In this document: piece by piece, positions 1 through 9,383 of the stretch
How the letters are laid out: each line of letters begins with the position of its first letter
How positions within the stretch are numbered: position 1 is the first letter of the stretch
Origin: Candidatus Aenigmatarchaeota archaeon
Lineage (GTDB): Archaea > Aenigmatarchaeota > Aenigmatarchaeia > QMZP01
Direction: 5' to 3'
Assembly (NCBI GenBank): GCA_016185435.1
Contig: JACPNN010000021.1
Location: 269-64,268, forward strand
Length of the DNA stretch: 64,000 nt
Notes under the pieces: generated by a model
The model's database searches: none
What the model saw: only the letters and a program-made list of their open reading frames with translations
Told to the model about the DNA's origin: nothing
Translations under genes and position numbers: made by a program

Positions 1-860
1 TTATCTCCGGAATATTTCCTCGGGCAGGCGAAAAATTTTCCTCCCCTCTCTCTGCACATTATATCAAGCATTTCGCACAGTCTTCTGTTTGCGGCTACGC
101 CTCCTGTAACCACCAGTTCATCCTTTTCGGCATGGGCCATGGCCCTCTCAGCCACTTCCGTAACCATTGCAAAGGCAGTCTCCTGCAGGCTGAAGGAAAC
201 ATCTTCCAATTTTTGCTTTTTTTCCAGCAGCCTTGAGGCATGTGTTATAAGGCCGGAGAAACTGAGATCCATCCCCTTCACAGTATACGGCAGCTCCATA
301 TACTTCCCGTTTTTTGCCAATTCTTCGATTTTGGGCCCTGCAGGGAATCCAATTCCTGCGGACCTCCCGAACTTGTCAAGGGCGTTGCCGAGGCCTATGT
401 CCTGCGTCTCGCCCAGAATGCGGTATCTGCCCTCCATATAGCCTATTATCTGGGTGTTTGCACCTGACACAAAAACCACTATCGGATCCTTTGCTTTTGC
501 CAGAAGTTTTGCTATTTCTATATGGGCTAAACAGTGATTTACTCCTATTAATGGTTTTTTGTATTCTCTTGATACTGATTTTGCTATATTCATCCCGACA
601 GAAAGGCAGGGAGGCATGCCGGGGCCTGCGGCAACCGAAATTATATCTATTTCACCCATTTCTATTTCGGCTTCCGCCAAGGCATTTTTCACTATAGAAT
701 CAGCATGCAGCTTATGATGATTGGCCGCATCTGCCGGCTTTATGCCCCAGCCTTCAGGGGGCTTGAAAATCGCCCTCTTGTCTGCAAGAATCTTTCCCCT
801 GCCATCCGCAATGCCGATGCCAATTGTATGGGCTGTTGATTCTATTCCCAGGGATAGCAT
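1..860 (-). CDS. kae1: Kae1/TsaD tRNA N6-threonylcarbamoyladenosine synthase (3' end outside window)
   Basis: Manual translation from ATG at 860: MLSLGIESTAHTIGIG...GPGMPPCL...GVNHCLAHIE...VSGANTQ...GETQDIGLGNALDKFGR; HxxxH metal motif. Not in ORF track because it runs off the edge. Confidence 0.95.
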   Translation of the reverse strand, partial: MLSLGIESTAHTIGIGIADGRGKILADKRAIFKPPEGWGIKPADAANHHKLHADSIVKNALAEAEIEMGEIDIISVAAGPGMPPCLSVGMNIAKSVSREYKKPLIGVNHCLAHIEIAKLLAKAKDPIVVFVSGANTQIIGYMEGRYRILGETQDIGLGNALDKFGRSAGIGFPAGPKIEELAKNGKYMELPYTVKGMDLSFSGLITHASRLLEKKQKLEDVSFSLQETAFAMVTEVAERAMAHAEKDELVVTGGVAANRRLCEMLDIMCRERGGKFFACPRKYSGD

Positions 861-935
861 AGAAAATATGCTGCTTTAGGGCATAAGTATATAAATCTAT
901 TATACTAAGTATACTAAGTAGTAAAAGTGGTAATT

Positions 936-1181
936 ATGCCTCTGAAGACGATCAAAATAGGGGAGAAAAGCTATAAGGAGCTGAACAGGTATGCTGGAAC
1001 CCTGAGAGTCATGGAGAACAGGCCAGTTTCCCTGAATGAGGCGCTGCTGAATCTCCTGAAGAAAAACAGGGATGCTGACATAGGAAGGTTTGCAGGAGGC
1101 TGGAAAATGACAGACAAAGAGCTTGAGAGGATAAAAGCGGATTTGGGGAATCTATGGAAGACATGGAAGACAGAATTGTAG
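936..1181 (+). CDS. VapB-like antitoxin
   Basis: Small ORF, N-terminal KTIKI strand, C-terminal FAGGWKMTDKE segment, overlaps the downstream PIN gene. Confidence 0.75.
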   Translation: MPLKTIKIGEKSYKELNRYAGTLRVMENRPVSLNEALLNLLKKNRDADIGRFAGGWKMTDKELERIKADLGNLWKTWKTEL

Positions 1182-1570
1182 TTGATTCCGATATCCTTGT
1201 GAACTTCCTCCGCAATAAAAAGGAGGAAGTTGAATTGTTGAAAAGGATGAGCCGGCAGGCCACACTTGCCACGACGGACATCAACGCATTCGAGCTGTAT
1301 TACGGGGCTTACAAAAGCAGCAAACAGGATGAAAACCTCGCTGCGACCAAAGGTCTTCTCAATTCTCTTTTGCTGCTAAGCACAAGTGAGGATAGCATGG
1401 AGATGGCAGGTAAGATCATCACAGACCTGGAAAAGAGGGGGAAGCCTATGGAAATAAGGGACCTTCTGATAGGCTCCATATGCCTTACAAATTCTATTGC
1501 TCTTTTAACCGGCAACAGGAGGCACTTCGAAAATATGGAAGGCCTCAAAATCATTGAGACGAAGCTTTAG
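1163..1570 (+). CDS. vapC: VapC PIN-domain toxin
   Basis: IVVDSDILV, ELYYGA, DLLIGSICL, LLTGNRRHF PIN motifs. Confidence 0.9.
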   Translation: MEDRIVVDSDILVNFLRNKKEEVELLKRMSRQATLATTDINAFELYYGAYKSSKQDENLAATKGLLNSLLLLSTSEDSMEMAGKIITDLEKRGKPMEIRDLLIGSICLTNSIALLTGNRRHFENMEGLKIIETKL

Positions 1571-1621
1571 CAAATCATGGCTGCATGAAGATTCAAATTA
1601 GGATGCGGATAATTATATTTC

Positions 1622-2407
1622 ATGAAATGGGTTGAGGATGCCTGGAAGCAGAAACAGATTTACATAATGATGGTTTTCTCCCTGCTTTTCCTCATCATAA
1701 TTTCCCTGCCCTCCAACCCCTCCTTCAAGACTTCACCCTTGGATATCCTTTTCCATTTCCTTTCCGCCACGATTCCTGCAGTAGCAATTGACCTTGCCAT
1801 GATGAAAAAAAGAAAGCAGGTGTCATTCCCATACTCTGCCATCATCACAGGCCTCATAGCAGGAAGCCTCCTGCCTGTAGCGAACCATCTCTCTGTTTTT
1901 GCTGCAGGTCTTTTTGCTGGATTGTCAAAGCGCATTATCAAGATAAATAACAGGCATATGTTCAACCCGGCGGCATTCGGGATAGGCCTTGCAATCCCGC
2001 TTTTTGTCCAGACAGACGCATGGTGGGCCGTCCCCTATTCAAATTTCCTTCCTGCATTTATTTTATTGATGGCTCTTGGGATTGTTGTTTCAAATAAGAT
2101 AAGAAAACTATATCTCTCTTTTTCATTCCTTCTGGCATATCTCATCCTTTCATTTTTCATATTCAAAGGGGATGCAGCCGCTCTCATTTCAGGCCTCCCC
2201 TTCTACATGGCCTTCTTCATGCTTACTGAGCCCAAGACGAGCGCTGCCCTGCCGCGGGACCAGCTCATATCAGGAGCATTCACAGGATTGGCATGCATCG
2301 GCCTTTCCTTCATCGCACCAACAGGATTCCTGATATACGGCCTGCTTCTCAATAACATTTTTGTATTTCTGATGCCGAAAATAAGAGCCTCTCTTGCCAA
2401 AAAATGA
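1622..2407 (+). CDS. RnfD/NqrB-family membrane protein (stand-alone)
   Basis: Polytopic hydrophobic protein with HMFNPAAFG and FFMLTEPKTS motifs. Confidence 0.75.
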   Translation: MKWVEDAWKQKQIYIMMVFSLLFLIIISLPSNPSFKTSPLDILFHFLSATIPAVAIDLAMMKKRKQVSFPYSAIITGLIAGSLLPVANHLSVFAAGLFAGLSKRIIKINNRHMFNPAAFGIGLAIPLFVQTDAWWAVPYSNFLPAFILLMALGIVVSNKIRKLYLSFSFLLAYLILSFFIFKGDAAALISGLPFYMAFFMLTEPKTSAALPRDQLISGAFTGLACIGLSFIAPTGFLIYGLLLNNIFVFLMPKIRASLAKK

Positions 2408-2432
2408 AGCGCTTCAGGCCCTTTTCAGGATG

Positions 2433-3062
2433 TTACCATGGAAGGTCTATCCTTGCTTCATCGCTGGCATACTTTTCTCCGGTCTCAGTGTCAAGTTTGT
2501 CTTCGTAATAAAACGGATCAATGAAAAAGGTTTCCGGAGAGCCGTCTGGGTTAGCTCTCATAACAAATTCGCGGTCCTCGTGAAATTTAGGAACAATTCT
2601 CAATGCTTTTCCTTGGCTGATATCCTCAGTGATTAGAATCGCAGACTGGCGGTGCAGTTTTCCGGGACCCTCATTATTCCACGCGACTATACCGGTGAAA
2701 TATGGCGGATTTTTGTGGGTATTGAAGGCCCTTTCAAAGGCCCCCAGCTCCCTTATGGCGTCAGGGCCTTCCAGCATGTATGGCCTTTTTTTTACGACCC
2801 GCAGCGCCACATGGATTTTCCGGCCATCTATTGAGTCGTCTATTGCCCCTACACTGTAAACTGAATGCATTTGTCCGTGCCCCAGCACCATGATGTCCTC
2901 AGGCAAAGCTTCACCCAGGTACTGATGCGTGAATGTGCCTTTTATCCTGGATATCATGGCCCTGTCTCCAAGAATGAAGGGCTTGAGCCTCAGCACTCTC
3001 CCGTAATATTCGCCAGCGCTGGCAACGTCGGACTGCGGTTTGGAGGCATAAATTGAATCCAT
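2433..3062 (-). CDS. Hypothetical protein with protein-kinase-like N-lobe
   Basis: LGHGQMHSVY, VALRVVK, IRELG, LITEDI resemble kinase subdomains I-V. Confidence 0.45.
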   Translation of the reverse strand: MDSIYASKPQSDVASAGEYYGRVLRLKPFILGDRAMISRIKGTFTHQYLGEALPEDIMVLGHGQMHSVYSVGAIDDSIDGRKIHVALRVVKKRPYMLEGPDAIRELGAFERAFNTHKNPPYFTGIVAWNNEGPGKLHRQSAILITEDISQGKALRIVPKFHEDREFVMRANPDGSPETFFIDPFYYEDKLDTETGEKYASDEARIDLPW

Positions 3063-3092
3063 CTGCAGAAATAATTGCAAGCTATATAAAGG

Positions 3093-3353
3093 CTATATTA
3101 TCTTCTCTCCAGTCTCTTTGTTTATTATGTGTATCACATTGACAGGGCAGCCCTCCGCCGCCATCTTGGCATTGGCCAGCTGGCTCTCGTCCATCTCCTT
3201 CTCGAAAACCATGGTATTGCTGTCCTTCAGCTCGCTGCCCATAAGGTCTGCTTTCCCGTCCTTGTTCATCACAAAGTTGTCGGGATTGACAGCTGCGCAT
3301 ACGCCTGCCCCTATGCAGCCTTTCCTCTCGTACTGGATTATGTATGTGGCCAT
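3093..3353 (-). CDS. Ferredoxin (monocluster type)
   Basis: CIGAGVC...AAEGCPVNVI. Confidence 0.9.
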   Translation of the reverse strand: MATYIIQYERKGCIGAGVCAAVNPDNFVMNKDGKADLMGSELKDSNTMVFEKEMDESQLANAKMAAEGCPVNVIHIINKETGEKII

Positions 3354-3425
3354 CCTTATCGCCTGAATGTGAATTAATTGTTTCGGTAGCAATATATATT
3401 TGTTTCAGAGGGCAGCCAGAAATTT

Positions 3426-4088
3426 ATGAAAAACAGGATTCAGCAAATATACGGCAGGCTTTTGAAGCATTACGGAAAGCAGGATTGGTGGCCTGTAAGA
3501 AGATCCTTTGAGCCTGAGTGGTTTGAGATTTGTGTCGGTGCCGTATTAGCCCAAAACACAAGCTGGAAAAATGTGGACAAAGCCCTTGACGGACTGATGA
3601 GAGAAGGCATGACAAGCCCGTCTGCTGTTCTGAAAGCTGATCCAGATAAGCTGAAAAAAGCAATCAGGCCGTCAGGATTTTACAACCAGAAGGCAGAGAG
3701 ATTAAAAATCCTTTCCACTCTCATCCTGGATTCAGGCATAGATAATTTCCAGCAAAAGATGACAAGGGAAAGTCTCCTTTCGGCCAGAGGGATAGGGAAG
3801 GAGACGGCAGACAGCATCCTGCTTTATGCGTGTGACAGGCCTGTTTTTGTAGTCGATGCATACACAAAAAGAATATTTTCCAGGATCGGGCTTATGGAAG
3901 AAAAACTGGAGTATGAAAAAATAAGGGAATTGTTTGAGAATGCCATTGAAAAGGATTCTGGTTTATTCAGGGAATACCATGCCCTGATAGTTGAGCATGC
4001 CAAACAGACATGCGGAAAAGAACCTCTCTGTAGAGAATGCTGCCTTCTTCAAGTGTGCAAATATGGAAAAGGGAAAGCAAATCAGTAA
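3426..4088 (+). CDS. Endonuclease III-related HhH-GPD DNA glycosylase
   Basis: GAVLAQNTSW, RGIGKETADSILLYA, VVDAYTKRI, C-terminal CxxxxxCxxCxxxxxC Fe-S motif. Confidence 0.92.
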   Translation: MKNRIQQIYGRLLKHYGKQDWWPVRRSFEPEWFEICVGAVLAQNTSWKNVDKALDGLMREGMTSPSAVLKADPDKLKKAIRPSGFYNQKAERLKILSTLILDSGIDNFQQKMTRESLLSARGIGKETADSILLYACDRPVFVVDAYTKRIFSRIGLMEEKLEYEKIRELFENAIEKDSGLFREYHALIVEHAKQTCGKEPLCRECCLLQVCKYGKGKANQ

Positions 4089-5110
4089 TCCACCCTGAAC
4101 CTCAGCATCGCTGCTATTCCCCCGAGATGCAGCAGCTTTTCTCCGGACTCGTGATCCGAGGAGATGAAAATGATTTTCGAGGAAATTTTTTCTGCCGAAT
4201 CTATCATATCCCTGAAATCCATCATCTTCTCCTCTGATACCAGAAGAAGCTCAACTGCGCCATATTCTATCGCCTTTTTTGTCTCCTTTTCGCCATAAAC
4301 GGCCTTCCCTTCAGGCTTTGCAATTTCTTTCAGGAGGTTTTCCACAAGATCGGTTTCCATGGCAATTCTCGTAGTCCGCAGGATCCTGTTGGCAGATTTC
4401 TTGATAACCTCCTTTGCGCCTGATATTCCTATGTAGCTTGAATGTTCGAGCAAAGCTTTTGCAGCCAATGGATTCTTATTTTCTTTCAGGTATTCCAGGA
4501 AGTTCTCCCTCTCGAAGCCAGGCCCCGCGATTATCAGCATGCTGAAGCCTTCCTTCTGCTGGATGTATTCTGCAACCTGCCTGTAGAAGGCATTCTTGCC
4601 CTCTTCCTGCTCCTTTTCCCTCGAAACCTTCTTGAAGCTGATGCTTGCAAGCATCTCCAAGCCCTCATCGGAATAGACTGCAAAATCAGCCTCCTCCCTG
4701 TCTATCAGGCATATCAGTATCCTCTGGCCCTTCGTCTTTGCCTTTTCAAGCCTCTCAAGCTGGTGCCTCTTCCACTGCTTCCTGATCTGAAGGGCCACGC
4801 CTGCCTTAGCATCCATGGTATGGTGGCTGGCTAATTTAATGTCTTCAGGCCCTGAAACTATTTTCCCGGACAATCTAAGCCTTGAAGTGTCCTTGTGGTA
4901 TGAGAATTTCTCCAATTCAATTGAGAGTATGACGGGCTTCCTTTCACCATAATCTATTTCCTGCTGCCTCTTTATCGTGGTCTTCCTCCTCGTCTTCCCC
5001 GTTATTATGTCCCCGGCCTCCAGCATCTTCTGCAGGTGCCACAGGTCTTCAGGGCCCTCTATCTTCAGCTTTACGATGCCTTCCTTCAGCCTTCTCTTGA
5101 GGATTCTCAT
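4082..5110 (-). CDS. pelA: Pelota ribosome-rescue factor
   Basis: EDLWHL, RLRLSGKI, SHHT, AGPGFER, YGAVELLLVS, LGGIAAMLRF. Confidence 0.95.
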   Translation of the reverse strand: MRILKRRLKEGIVKLKIEGPEDLWHLQKMLEAGDIITGKTRRKTTIKRQQEIDYGERKPVILSIELEKFSYHKDTSRLRLSGKIVSGPEDIKLASHHTMDAKAGVALQIRKQWKRHQLERLEKAKTKGQRILICLIDREEADFAVYSDEGLEMLASISFKKVSREKEQEEGKNAFYRQVAEYIQQKEGFSMLIIAGPGFERENFLEYLKENKNPLAAKALLEHSSYIGISGAKEVIKKSANRILRTTRIAMETDLVENLLKEIAKPEGKAVYGEKETKKAIEYGAVELLLVSEEKMMDFRDMIDSAEKISSKIIFISSDHESGEKLLHLGGIAAMLRFRVDY

Positions 5111-5130
5111 AAGAAGAATTGGATTCCTTA

Positions 5131-6537
5131 TTAATCAAGCAGGCCGTGCTGCCTGGCCAAATTCCGCTTCGGATCGTATGGGTCCGAGAGGTCCACTATC
5201 AGCCACTTCTCGCCTACTCTGACATCCACCTTTTCCCAGCATCTCTCCGTGAAGCGTATCGTGCCCTTTCCGACGGCATTTCCCCTGTAAAAGGCTCTCG
5301 TGTCGTTTGGCGGAGCTGATACGGCTTCCTCAATCTGTCGGTCTGTCACGATTCTTTCGGTAGCGCCTCTGGCCTGCAGCATGTAGAAAAGTCCATCCTC
5401 CCCAAGAAGGTGGTAGTACAGATCGAAGGTTTCAGCCTGTTGGTCCCCAAGCGAAAAGCCTTCCTTGGCCATCAAATCCTCGAGCATGGCAAGCTTAAGC
5501 CAGCAGTCGTACCATCTGCCGAGCCTCCAAGGATTTTCCACTGGGTTTCTTGAAAGCTCGTCGAGAGTGTACTCCCACCTGTTGAGTATGTCCGCACTCT
5601 CTCTGTCTTTCTTCCACTCCCTGTTCTCCTTCTGCATCCGCCTGGCCTCGTCAAGAAACGCCCTCTGTATTTCGACGGCCGTGGCTTTGGCACCTCCGGG
5701 AGAGGACAGGGCTGCCTTATGTTGCAGAGACAGATCGCATGCTATGTCATAGAAGCTTTTTACTGCATCCTCGAGAACGTTGCCCGGATGCCTGCCTGCA
5801 TTCAGCAGGCTGAGCACTATTGCAGTGGTGCCGGCTTTCATGTATGTTGCCATCTCTGACATGTTCGCATCTCCGTCGCGCACCGAGAGCCTCCCTGACA
5901 CTTGAAGTTTGCTAATGTTGTTCGGAGACCTGAGTTTCTGGGAAAGTGTGTAGGAGCCTTCCCGGACAGATCCTGAGCCTGTGAATATCTGCCTTGTCGC
6001 GAGGAAAGATGCGAGATGCTTGGAGTCTGCAATCAGGACCAGCTTTTCCGGCACATAATAGTTCTCATGACAGCCGTAGACGCTGATCTTCCTGCGGGCA
6101 GACTTGGAATTTTCGGGGTGGCCAAAATCGGTTCCAGCATTGTTCTTGAATACGGCATGGCGTGGGAAGCGCTTTTCTATAATCCTTTCCCCTGCCTTGT
6201 CATCAATGACGAGATTTGCGGGGCCGGAGCATTCAGGTGTGCTATACTCCACATGGCAACCTACATCAATGTAAGTCAGGCCGCCGTTCGGCAGCCACTG
6301 ATAGAGGTATGGCACAGTACCGTCTCCGTTCATGCCTCCGAAATATATTGGTCTCGCAGCATGTCCCTCGTCCATCGGCAATGGATAGCCCTTGCTGCAT
6401 TTTTTGATTTGTCTGAGATCGACTTTCCTTCCTACAAATGTCCGAATTACCTCCCTCAGATGCGCCCTGAAATCGTTGTCGAGCGAGCCTGTCGTCATTA
6501 TGCTGTATTCAGTCTCCAGACCCATTATGGTTTTCAT
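5131..6537 (-). CDS. Pup-protein ligase / deamidase (PafA/Dop) family protein
   Basis: IMGLETEY, LPNGGLTYIDVGCHVEYSTPEC, DKAGERI, FKNN, YGCHENY, FLATRQIFTGSG, GDANMSE, KAGTTAIVL, PPNDTRAFYRG, DLSDPY match PafA/Dop blocks in order. Confidence 0.88.
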   Translation of the reverse strand: MKTIMGLETEYSIMTTGSLDNDFRAHLREVIRTFVGRKVDLRQIKKCSKGYPLPMDEGHAARPIYFGGMNGDGTVPYLYQWLPNGGLTYIDVGCHVEYSTPECSGPANLVIDDKAGERIIEKRFPRHAVFKNNAGTDFGHPENSKSARRKISVYGCHENYYVPEKLVLIADSKHLASFLATRQIFTGSGSVREGSYTLSQKLRSPNNISKLQVSGRLSVRDGDANMSEMATYMKAGTTAIVLSLLNAGRHPGNVLEDAVKSFYDIACDLSLQHKAALSSPGGAKATAVEIQRAFLDEARRMQKENREWKKDRESADILNRWEYTLDELSRNPVENPWRLGRWYDCWLKLAMLEDLMAKEGFSLGDQQAETFDLYYHLLGEDGLFYMLQARGATERIVTDRQIEEAVSAPPNDTRAFYRGNAVGKGTIRFTERCWEKVDVRVGEKWLIVDLSDPYDPKRNLARQHGLLD

Positions 6538-6671
6538 TGCCCTGCATCTCTTCCATCGAAACTGCATCTGAATTGGGAAGGAAGCAATTTAACCCTTCTC
6601 TAAAAACGGCATTTGAATATCAGTTTGTGAGGCAATCTCTTTTTATTACTTGAAAGGCCAAATATCAAATA

Positions 6672-7820
6672 ATGGGTTCCGGAAATCGTTCCAGAGAAAT
6701 GAAAGGAGAGGAGAAAGGCGACAATGGCTTCATTTATGTCCTGATAGCAGGAGTGGTTGTGCTGGCGGCGCTTTTCATTCTTGGCCCGATGATACAGCTC
6801 CCGGAAGACACAGGCAAAGTGAAGGCCGTCCACACATTCTCAGTGGGCAAGGTCGGCGTGTCCGCAGGCAGCTTCAAGAGCCAGACAATAGGCACTTTCC
6901 AGGTTGGTGAGACACAGAAAGAGGTGCTGAAGCTGCTTGGAAGAGTGGAGATAGAAAACGGCATCCCAGGCACAAAAACTCAGGAATATCCAATAGCAAT
7001 CCCTGACTATCTTCTTGAATCCCTTAAGGACATAAAAGTTTCCTTTGACATTGTGGAGACAAACCAGTATGGAGAGCTTATATTCGAATGGAACGGGAAG
7101 GAGGTGTTCAGAAGGAAGGCGGCCAGCAGGGAGTGGAGCTTCACCATACCAAGGGATAATGTGGGCAGGCTCAACACGCTTAAGGTGCATGCCTCTTCGC
7201 CAGGCCTCATATTCTGGGCATCGACCGTATACAAGCTCGAGCCATTCGAGGTGTCTGCAGAATACGGCCCGTCAAAGCTCTTCGGCTTCCAGCTGAGCCA
7301 AAAGGAGCTGGAGACGTTCAGCAGGGGGGAGATAGAGTTTTATTCGCTTTCAGGGGCCAAGCTTTCCGTAAGGATCAACGGCAGGCAGATATTCAGCAGG
7401 CCTCCTGAAGGCACAGAAAAGCTCATATTCGATTTCAGCACTGCTCCTGTCTTCTTCGGCCAGAATGTCCTGTCCTTCGAATCATCTTCGCCCGTCACTA
7501 TTGACGGCGCAAGGCTCAAGCTCTATGTGCAGGCCCCTGCAACGGCCTTCCTGGAAAGGTTCAACCTCACAAAGGCCAATATCAACAGCATGAAGAACAA
7601 CAAGGGGAGGGTGAAGGTGGCCGTATCCAGTGTTGACAGGCCGGGAAGCCTCGCAGTTATGCTCAATGGAAAAACGATAGGATCGGAAACTGTTCTGGAG
7701 GTCGCATCCCCCACTTACAAATTTGACGGGGCCGATGCGAGAGAAGGCATGAATGAGATACAGATAACAGGGACAGGGGAGTTCGAGATTGGCCAGGCGG
7801 TTGTGGGGGTTGAGGGGTGA
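6672..7820 (+). CDS. Membrane-anchored/secreted beta-rich protein
   Basis: N-terminal hydrophobic helix followed by beta-strand-rich segments. Confidence 0.7.
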   Translation: MGSGNRSREMKGEEKGDNGFIYVLIAGVVVLAALFILGPMIQLPEDTGKVKAVHTFSVGKVGVSAGSFKSQTIGTFQVGETQKEVLKLLGRVEIENGIPGTKTQEYPIAIPDYLLESLKDIKVSFDIVETNQYGELIFEWNGKEVFRRKAASREWSFTIPRDNVGRLNTLKVHASSPGLIFWASTVYKLEPFEVSAEYGPSKLFGFQLSQKELETFSRGEIEFYSLSGAKLSVRINGRQIFSRPPEGTEKLIFDFSTAPVFFGQNVLSFESSSPVTIDGARLKLYVQAPATAFLERFNLTKANINSMKNNKGRVKVAVSSVDRPGSLAVMLNGKTIGSETVLEVASPTYKFDGADAREGMNEIQITGTGEFEIGQAVVGVEG

Positions 7821-8655
7821 TATTGCCGATATGACATTAATTGAGCCAACTGCTGCTGGTATTCTCAGCGATATTCTCTATATTTATGTAAACCTGATAT
7901 TGCCTCTGTTATTTGTGTTTATGGTTTTTCGCACCCTTGACAAGAAGCGCAATATTTTCCTCAGGCTCGCGATTTCTTCGGCCGCATTTATCATAATGGT
8001 AGCATTTATGTCTTCAATACCACATTTTTTCCCTTCTTCTGCTTGGAGCTCATTATGGATCCCTTCTCTGGCAATCGCTTCCCTTTTTTATGCCACTTTC
8101 AAAGAGAAAAACAAAGCTGGCAAAAGGCTGACATTGTCCATAGGCGTTTTTGTTGCCCTGATAGCTGTGGGACTAGTCATTTCTGAGCTTTTAGGTGAAG
8201 AGGTGTTTAGGGGTCTTGGTGATAGTTTGATTATTCCTGAAGGTCCTGCAGTTTGCCAATACGGGATAATAGAGGCATTTGCTAGCACAACAGATGAGAC
8301 TTTGAATGCCGATTCCATAGTATTGAAAGAGCTTCGGGATTCAGAGGGAAACCCGGTAAAAGGTTTCGATGTGCTTCCTGACGCTTTCCCCCTCAGGAGG
8401 GGAGAGCCGGCCAAGAAAATCATAAGCTTCAACTGCGGAGGAACATGCACAGGTACCTATACGATGATTCTTGTAAAAAACATCAAGAGAATAACTCGCA
8501 CTGTGACATGCGAATAATATGAATGAAATCCAGATTACGGGAATGGAAGAGTTTGAAGTGAGCCAGGCGGTTGCGGGGGTTGAGGGATGAGATGTTGTGA
8601 CAGTAATTGGGCCAACTGCTGCTGGTATTCTAGATTATATTCTCAATGTTTATAT
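7749..8655 (+). repeat. Diverged direct repeat (7749-~7885 vs 8519-~8655) of a gene end plus the next gene start
   Basis: MNEIQITGTGEFEIGQAVVGVEG* vs MNEIQITGMEEFEVSQAVAGVEG*, then MTLIEPTAAGIL vs VTVIGPTAAGIL. Confidence 0.9.
7831..8517 (+). CDS. Membrane protein with small C-terminal Cys-containing soluble domain
   Basis: About four TM segments then a soluble domain ending CGGTCTG...TVTCE. Confidence 0.6.
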   Translation: MTLIEPTAAGILSDILYIYVNLILPLLFVFMVFRTLDKKRNIFLRLAISSAAFIIMVAFMSSIPHFFPSSAWSSLWIPSLAIASLFYATFKEKNKAGKRLTLSIGVFVALIAVGLVISELLGEEVFRGLGDSLIIPEGPAVCQYGIIEAFASTTDETLNADSIVLKELRDSEGNPVKGFDVLPDAFPLRRGEPAKKIISFNCGGTCTGTYTMILVKNIKRITRTVTCE

Positions 8656-8738
8656 GTATGGCAAATTTCCATGGTTACTCTGTTGCTCTTAAACAGCGAG
8701 CCACATACCTATTTATAAGCAGTTGGGCAAATAGTATC

Positions 8739-9383
8739 ATGAATTCTAATGTAAAACGCGCACTAATTGAGCTTAAGGAAGGCAAGATGATTGTACTGTA
8801 TGATGAAGACAAACGAGAAGGCGAAGCTGATTTAATTTTTCATGCGGCCTCTGTAAACCCTGAAAAGATTGAAACGCTAAGAAGACATGCGGGAGGGTTA
8901 ATTTGTCTGGCAATCGGTAAGAATATAGCAGAAAGACTTAACTTGCCTTTTATTAGCGATGTTCTTGCAAGCAATCAGACAGCTGCAAAAATGATAGTCA
9001 AGAAAACGGCTTATGGAGATAAACCTGCATTTTCTATTGCTATCAATCACAAAAGCGTGTATACCGGGATACCGGATAACGATCGTGCACTAACGATAAG
9101 GGAGTTTGCAAAAATAATAAATGAAAATAATAGAATAGAAGGAAAGTTTGTAAACAACTTCTATACGCCTGGGCACGTTTTTCTTTTGATCGATCGTGGA
9201 TTAGAGGTGCGAAGAGGGCACACCGAACTTTCGATAGAACTTGCGAAACGATCAGGATTAAGCGAAGCCATGGTACTTTGCGAAATGCTCGGGGAAGGCA
9301 AGGCGCTTAGCAAAAAAGCTGCGATGGAATATGCTAAAAGTCGCAACTTAGTTTTCTTAGAAGGGAGGGAGATATATGGTTAA
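8739..9383 (+). CDS. ribB: 3,4-dihydroxy-2-butanone-4-phosphate synthase
   Basis: DEDKREGEADL, GGLICLA, TGIPDNDRALTI, PGHVFLL, RRGHTE, CEML. Confidence 0.95.
   Translation: MNSNVKRALIELKEGKMIVLYDEDKREGEADLIFHAASVNPEKIETLRRHAGGLICLAIGKNIAERLNLPFISDVLASNQTAAKMIVKKTAYGDKPAFSIAINHKSVYTGIPDNDRALTIREFAKIINENNRIEGKFVNNFYTPGHVFLLIDRGLEVRRGHTELSIELAKRSGLSEAMVLCEMLGEGKALSKKAAMEYAKSRNLVFLEGREIYG

Noticed and set aside
139-697. Plus-strand ORFs at window start
   Set aside because: Shadows of kae1 on the minus strand
7749-8655. DGR template/variable repeat pair
   Set aside because: Mismatches are not adenine-specific and no reverse transcriptase is seen; same for 27810/29220
8660-8738. FMN riboswitch upstream of ribB
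   Set aside because: No RFN consensus; the gene appears leaderless behind a TTTATAA box
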